The translations under genes were made by a program, and so were the position numbers. Shown here piece by piece: positions 27,741-32,000 of a stretch of 32,000 bases of DNA. Each line of letters begins with the position of its first letter. Within the stretch, counting starts at the first letter, position 1. Below the pieces are notes generated by a model. That model searched no databases. It saw only the letters and a program-made list of their open reading frames with translations, and was not told the origin of the DNA. The stretch is taken from positions 180,001 to 212,000 of the forward strand of contig NZ_JHXR01000003.1 in NCBI RefSeq assembly GCF_000621645.1. Reading direction: 5' to 3'. The stretch is from Vibrio cholerae ATCC 14035 (GTDB lineage: Bacteria; Pseudomonadota; Gammaproteobacteria; Enterobacterales; Vibrionaceae).

Positions 27741-29857
27741 TGTTTTGGGATAGTGAAGTAGCGAAACGTCTGCTGGCACAAGGCGCGCTGCGTCCTTTGG
27801 ATGTGCAGTTTGCCCGCTTTATTGGCAAGCAAGCCGCATTGGCAGGGCACAACGCTGCAGAAAGTGAACTGTTGAGTGTGCTGAGCGCGGCGCTCAGTGC
27901 AGAACTTGGGCGTGGACACATCTGTTTGCCACTGTGGGATGCACAGGGTAATCGCTGCGATCTGGCGGCGCTGATTGGTCTTTATGGTGAAGCGAGTTTG
28001 CAGCACAGTGAACGCTGGTTAGCGTTAGACTGGCAAGCCTTACTGCAAGCCTCGCCGTTGGTGGGGAAGCAAGGTGAAGCGGTGCCGTTAATGTTTGATG
28101 GCGCAAGGCTCTATCTGCATCGCTACTGGCATTATGAAAAGCAACTGGCAGCGCGATTGACTGAGTTGGCCGCACCCCAACGTTTAAGCCCTGCTGAACT
28201 GGCTAACTTGCGTGAACGCCTGAATACCTTATTTGCCCGCGACTATTTAGGCTTGTGGCAAGCACTACAACAAAAGCCGCTGAGTTCGGTCGAGCGGATT
28301 CAACTGCTGAATGATCGATTGGATGTGGTGGAGTCGGATGCGCTGGATTGGCCAGCGATTGAAGCTGTAGTCGAAAAAGCGCAGCGTGCCGCGGATTTGC
28401 AAGCTTTAGAGCAGCTTATTCCGCTTACTCACTGCTTAAACTGGCAAAAAGTGGCGGCTGCCGTCGCGCTCACGCGCCGTTTTGCGGTGATTTCCGGTGG
28501 GCCGGGAACCGGCAAAACCACCACAGTGACCAAGCTTCTGGCGGCGCTGATTAGCCAAAGCATGGCGCAAGGTAAAGTGCCAGAGATCAAATTGATTGCT
28601 CCAACCGGTAAAGCCGCGGCACGCTTAACCGAATCGATGGGTAAAGCGGTGAGTCAGCTGGCGATAGAGCCTGAGATCGCCGCGGCGATCCCAAGCACTT
28701 CCAGTACCATTCACCGTTTGCTTGGCGCGATTCCGGGCAGCGCTGAGTTTCGTCATCATGCACGTAATCCACTCCATCTTGATCTGTTGGTGGTGGATGA
28801 AGCGTCCATGGTCGATCTGCCTTTGATGGTGAAACTGGTCGAAGCGCTGCCCAAGCACGCTCGGTTGATTTTACTTGGCGATAAAGATCAGTTGGCCTCG
28901 GTAGAAGCGGGGGCGGTGCTCGGTGATATTTGTACCTTCCTGAACCAAGGTTACGGTAATGAGCAGGGCGCGCAGTTGGCTGAACTGACGGGGTTTGCCT
29001 CTTTGCGCCAAACTGCCAGTAAGACGGTGAATCCGGTGGCGGATTGCTTATGCATGCTGCAAAAAAGCTACCGTTTTGATGCACGTTCTGGCATTGGCCA
29101 ACTGGCGAAAGCGATCAACAGTGGATCTCCGGCGCGCGTTGAAACTGTGTGGCAGCAATCGTTCAGCGATATTGAACATTTTGCCCTTAGTGGCGAGCAT
29201 TATCAGCAACTGCTGCAAACCTTAGTGCAGGCTTATCGTCCTTATCTGAATTTGCTCAATCAATCGACTGAGCAGTTTGAGTCGACAAAGCAAACCATGC
29301 TCACACTAGCCAAATCAGCACTCGATGCGTTTAGTCGCTGCCGATTATTGTGCGCGTTACGTGAAGGCGATTTTGGGGTGATGGGGCTGAACACTCGCAT
29401 CGAACGGGCGTTGAATGCGCACAAGCTGATTAAAACTCAAGAAGAGATCTGGTATCACGGGCGACCGATCATGGTCACGCGTAACGATCATGGCTTGGGG
29501 CTATACAATGGTGATATCGGTTTGTGTATGCGCGATCGTGACGATGATCAGGGCAGACTGAAAGTCTATTTTGAGCTGCCGGATGGCAGCATTAAAGCCG
29601 TGTTACCGAGCCGAGTCCCGCAACATGAAACCGCGTATGCGATGACCATACATAAATCGCAAGGCAGCGAATTTGATTTAACTTTGCTGATTTTACCGCC
29701 GGATTACAGTCCGATTCTGACGCGTGAGTTAGTTTACACGGGGATCACAAGGGCGAAAAAACAGCTCAAATTGTATTGCGATAACAAGGTATTGCAGCGG
29801 GCAATTAAAGTGAAAACCCAACGGGCGAGTGGCTTAGTGGCAAGGTTGGAGCAGTAA
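27737..29857 (+). CDS. recD: Exodeoxyribonuclease V alpha subunit
   Basis: SGGPGTGKTTTV (Walker A), VVDEASMVD (Walker B), TIHKSQGSEF and YTGITRAK. The ATG overlaps the recB stop (ATGA, 27737-27740). Confidence 0.95.
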   Translation: MMFWDSEVAKRLLAQGALRPLDVQFARFIGKQAALAGHNAAESELLSVLSAALSAELGRGHICLPLWDAQGNRCDLAALIGLYGEASLQHSERWLALDWQALLQASPLVGKQGEAVPLMFDGARLYLHRYWHYEKQLAARLTELAAPQRLSPAELANLRERLNTLFARDYLGLWQALQQKPLSSVERIQLLNDRLDVVESDALDWPAIEAVVEKAQRAADLQALEQLIPLTHCLNWQKVAAAVALTRRFAVISGGPGTGKTTTVTKLLAALISQSMAQGKVPEIKLIAPTGKAAARLTESMGKAVSQLAIEPEIAAAIPSTSSTIHRLLGAIPGSAEFRHHARNPLHLDLLVVDEASMVDLPLMVKLVEALPKHARLILLGDKDQLASVEAGAVLGDICTFLNQGYGNEQGAQLAELTGFASLRQTASKTVNPVADCLCMLQKSYRFDARSGIGQLAKAINSGSPARVETVWQQSFSDIEHFALSGEHYQQLLQTLVQAYRPYLNLLNQSTEQFESTKQTMLTLAKSALDAFSRCRLLCALREGDFGVMGLNTRIERALNAHKLIKTQEEIWYHGRPIMVTRNDHGLGLYNGDIGLCMRDRDDDQGRLKVYFELPDGSIKAVLPSRVPQHETAYAMTIHKSQGSEFDLTLLILPPDYSPILTRELVYTGITRAKKQLKLYCDNKVLQRAIKVKTQRASGLVARLEQ

Positions 29858-29886
29858 ATGCTCCGCCATTCCGTGGCGGCACAGCA

Positions 29887-30072
29887 TTAAAGGTTGGCAA
29901 AAGCTTTAGTAAAGGTGATGCTGCGGATCTGGTAACGTTCACGCGATTGGAGCAGAAACGTTTTGAGATTATCACTGACGGGAAATACGCAGTGTACATC
30001 AAGCCCGGAGAGGAACTCAGCGTCAGCCATGTCCCAAAAGCTTTGTAGAGAATTACAAATAACGGTTTTCAT
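29887..30072 (-). CDS. Hypothetical 61-aa protein (doubtful)
   Basis: This is the only ORF with a start codon in the 441-bp recD-argA spacer. The SD is weak, I recognise no family, and an equally open start-less frame lies antisense to it. Confidence 0.25.
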   Translation of the reverse strand: MKTVICNSLQSFWDMADAEFLSGLDVHCVFPVSDNLKTFLLQSRERYQIRSITFTKAFANL

Positions 30073-30230
30073 AGACGATTTGCTCTTAGATACGGAATGT
30101 ACTCATAAAAGCAATCCATGCGTGAATTGAGAAAGATCTCAAGCGTCAAATCCTGACTCGATGATTGAACAACATTTAATCAAACGCGCGCATTCTACCG
30201 ATCTCTCTCACAAAATAAAAGCGAAAATCG

Positions 30231-30262
30231 AAGAAAAAAGATGCAACAATTTGCATCTTTTG
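30231..30262. terminator. Rho-independent terminator downstream of argA (bidirectional in form)
   Basis: Stem agatgcaa (30239-30246) / ttgcatct (30251-30258), loop caat. An A-run lies 5' and a T-run 3'. It sits ~37 nt past the argA stop. Confidence 0.8.
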
Positions 30263-30298
30263 TTCACTTCTGTTCACACGCTTTTCAACCTGTTGAAT

Positions 30299-31636
30299 TT
30301 AAAGCTGCAGCATCAAAATTTTTGAGCGGCGTTGGTAGTTGTATAAGCTCTTTTTCGCCATCGGTAGCGCTTCGACATCGACTTCATTGAAACCTTGCTC
30401 ACGGAACCAGTGTGTGCTGTGAGTGGTTAGCACAAATAGGTGACGAATGCCCATTTGCTTGGCTTGATGCTTGCTGTGCACCAATAAATGCAATCCACGG
30501 TGGCCATCACGGTATTCGGGATGAATCGCGACACAAGCCATCTCAGCCATGCGTTCTTCTGGATAAGGGTAGAGTGCCGAGCAACCAATCACTAAACCAT
30601 CTTTGTCGATGATGGTGAATTTATGGATCTCTTGCTCCAACTGTTCACGAGAACGGCGTACCAGAATGCCTTGTTCTTCCAACGGACGAATCAAATCAAA
30701 AATACCGCCGATATCATCAATCGTGGCTTGGCGGATCTGCTCAGCACTCGCCATTACGATCTGGGTGCCGATACCATCAAACGAGAACAGCTCTTGGATT
30801 AATGCACCATCTTCTTTGTAACTCACCAAGTGACTGCGCGGCACACCCGCGCGGCAGGCTTTTAAAGCGGCGCGCAAAAAACGCATGGTGCTGAAACACT
30901 CTTCATCATCTGGCGCGCACTCTTGCTCCATGTTTTTGACGAGGCGTTCAACATCGCTTGGGAAGAGTTCGGCAATCGCATTGCCTTTGGTATCGATGAT
31001 CCCTTGCTGTGGGCAAAAACCGATCAGCTTGTCGGCTTTAAGTTTTATCGCCACTTGGGTCGCCACTTCCTCAGAAAGCAGATTGAAACACTCACCAGTG
31101 ACAGAGCTAGCAATCGGGCCAAGCAGCACAATCGAGCCTAAATCCAACATGCGGTTGATGCCTTCCACATCAATCCGGCGAATGCGCCCGCTGTGGCAGT
31201 AATCGACACCTTCATCTATACCTAGTGGTTGAGAGATGATGAAATTGCCGCTCACAACGTTGAGTTGAGTGCCCGCCATTGGCGTATTGTTGAGGCTCAT
31301 TGAAAGACGCGCAGTGATCGCGTGTTGTAGTTGTCCGGCGGCTTGCATCACTAAGCCGAGTGAGGATTCATCAGTGATCCGCACACCTTTGTGGTATGGC
31401 GTATCACGTTGATTTTTTTCAAGGATTTGATTGATTTGTGGCCGAGCTCCGTGCACGAGTACCACTTTAACGCCAAGGCTGTGCAGCAGAGCGATATCGC
31501 TGATGATGTTAGGAAAATTTTTATCGGCAATCGCTTCTCCTCCCAGCATAACAACCATGGTTTTCCCACGGTGGGCATTAACGTAGGGCGCTGACTGGCG
31601 AAATCCTTTGACGAGAGCGGTACTGCGAATTTTCAC
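30299..31636 (-). CDS. argA: Amino-acid N-acetyltransferase (N-acetylglutamate synthase)
   Basis: Colinear with E. coli ArgA ([75 protein letters not shown]). GTG 31636 (VKIRSTALV...) aligns with the E. coli N-terminus and has AAGGA ~9 nt upstream. The track start at 31669 is TTG. Confidence 0.93.
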   Translation of the reverse strand: MKIRSTALVKGFRQSAPYVNAHRGKTMVVMLGGEAIADKNFPNIISDIALLHSLGVKVVLVHGARPQINQILEKNQRDTPYHKGVRITDESSLGLVMQAAGQLQHAITARLSMSLNNTPMAGTQLNVVSGNFIISQPLGIDEGVDYCHSGRIRRIDVEGINRMLDLGSIVLLGPIASSVTGECFNLLSEEVATQVAIKLKADKLIGFCPQQGIIDTKGNAIAELFPSDVERLVKNMEQECAPDDEECFSTMRFLRAALKACRAGVPRSHLVSYKEDGALIQELFSFDGIGTQIVMASAEQIRQATIDDIGGIFDLIRPLEEQGILVRRSREQLEQEIHKFTIIDKDGLVIGCSALYPYPEERMAEMACVAIHPEYRDGHRGLHLLVHSKHQAKQMGIRHLFVLTTHSTHWFREQGFNEVDVEALPMAKKSLYNYQRRSKILMLQL

Positions 31637-31650
31637 GGCTGAACATCCTT

Positions 31651-31689
31651 GGTGTTTAAATATGCGCAAATAATGACTTTTTATTCTTT
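31651..31689. promoter_or_regulatory. Probable tandem ARG boxes (ArgR operator) upstream of argA
   Basis: Core TGACTTTTTATTCT (31674-31687) matches TGAATwwwwATTCA at 12 of 14 positions. A second core, TGTTTAAATATGCG (31653-31666), matches 10 of 14 and lies exactly 21 bp away, the usual ARG-box phasing. Confidence 0.45.
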
Positions 31690-31906
31690 TTTGAGCAAGC
31701 GGTTTTTTATATGACCGATAGAATCCTCGGTTTATTGCAGACCCGTTTATTGCAGGCCCTATGGGTCAAAATAAATGGGATGTAAAACAGAAGGATGACA
31801 AAAGTATGAACAGTAAGGTTGAACGCTGCATCAATCTGTATGAGCAGTGCAGTTAATGGTGCAAAGCCTCGCCCCAAGAGGCTTGGATAAAGTGAGATAA
31901 AGCGGT

Positions 31907-32000
31907 ATGGCAAAAACGGAAAGCAAAAGTAAAGCCTTGAGTAAAGAGCGTTTATTGCTCTTGCTCGCGATTTTAGGCACCTCCTACGTTTTGATGCTGT
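31907..32000 (+). CDS. 5' end of a gene for a membrane-anchored protein (runs off the window)
   Basis: ATG 31907 opens MAKTESKSKALSKERLLLLLAILGTSYVLML: a basic N-terminus followed by a hydrophobic segment, open to the window end. Too short to identify. Confidence 0.4.
   Translation, partial: MAKTESKSKALSKERLLLLLAILGTSYVLML

Noticed and set aside
20403-29857. Search for the E. coli Chi octamer GCTGGTGG (either strand) in and around recCBD
   Set aside because: Scanning by eye, I found only near-variants (several GTTGGTGG, ACTGGTGG, TCTGGTGG) and no exact Chi. An eye scan of 32 kb is not reliable, and I am not certain of the Vibrio Chi sequence, so I make no claim.
29863-29880. Hairpin ccgccattccgtggcgg just after the recD stop, considered as the recD terminator
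   Set aside because: The stem is only 7 bp and no T-run follows (acagcattaaagg). It cannot be called a rho-independent terminator with confidence.
31707-31913. 68-aa minus-strand ORF upstream of argA
   Set aside because: It lies in the argA regulatory spacer, overlaps the start of the divergent plus-strand gene, and has no SD or recognisable family. The composition is consistent with AT-rich intergenic DNA translated by chance.

Overview
This window reads as ordinary core chromosome of a Vibrio. Gene content, order and protein sequences fit my memory of the V. cholerae chromosome 1 lacZ / nnrS / recCBD / argA region, but I cannot verify that without a search. I call about 21 protein-coding genes. 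In window order: a 5'-truncated stand-alone EF-G paralogue; an acyl-CoA ligase, an HD-GYP phosphodiesterase and chrA (all minus strand); an orphan lacZ lying tail-to-tail with galR; a ygjH-like tRNA-binding protein; zntB plus a ChaC-like gamma-glutamylcyclotransferase; a divergent pair made of an RLAN/RimK-type ATP-grasp ligase and a GNAT-papain-like peptidase fusion; nnrS; dapD; yebG; a LysR regulator with a TehA/TDT-family transporter; recC, recB and recD; argA; and the first 31 codons of a membrane-anchored protein. I found no rRNA, tRNA, CRISPR array, IS element, prophage or integron. Non-coding content I can support: four ERIC/IRU-like repeats (three of ~122-126 bp, one truncated), all in one orientation within 8.2 kb; several rho-independent terminators; a near-consensus GalR operator upstream of lacZ; two NorR boxes plus a sigma-54 promoter upstream of nnrS; a LexA box at yebG; and probable ARG boxes at argA. 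The best candidate for an undescribed system is the ATP-grasp / GNAT-peptidase pair at 12248-14995. Comparative genomics predicts a peptide-ligation module of unknown product. Here it is bracketed by ERIC repeats, and one of them fills most of its divergent promoter region. Smaller oddities are listed separately. All homology statements come from reading the translations against remembered family motifs and E. coli orthologues, not from any search.
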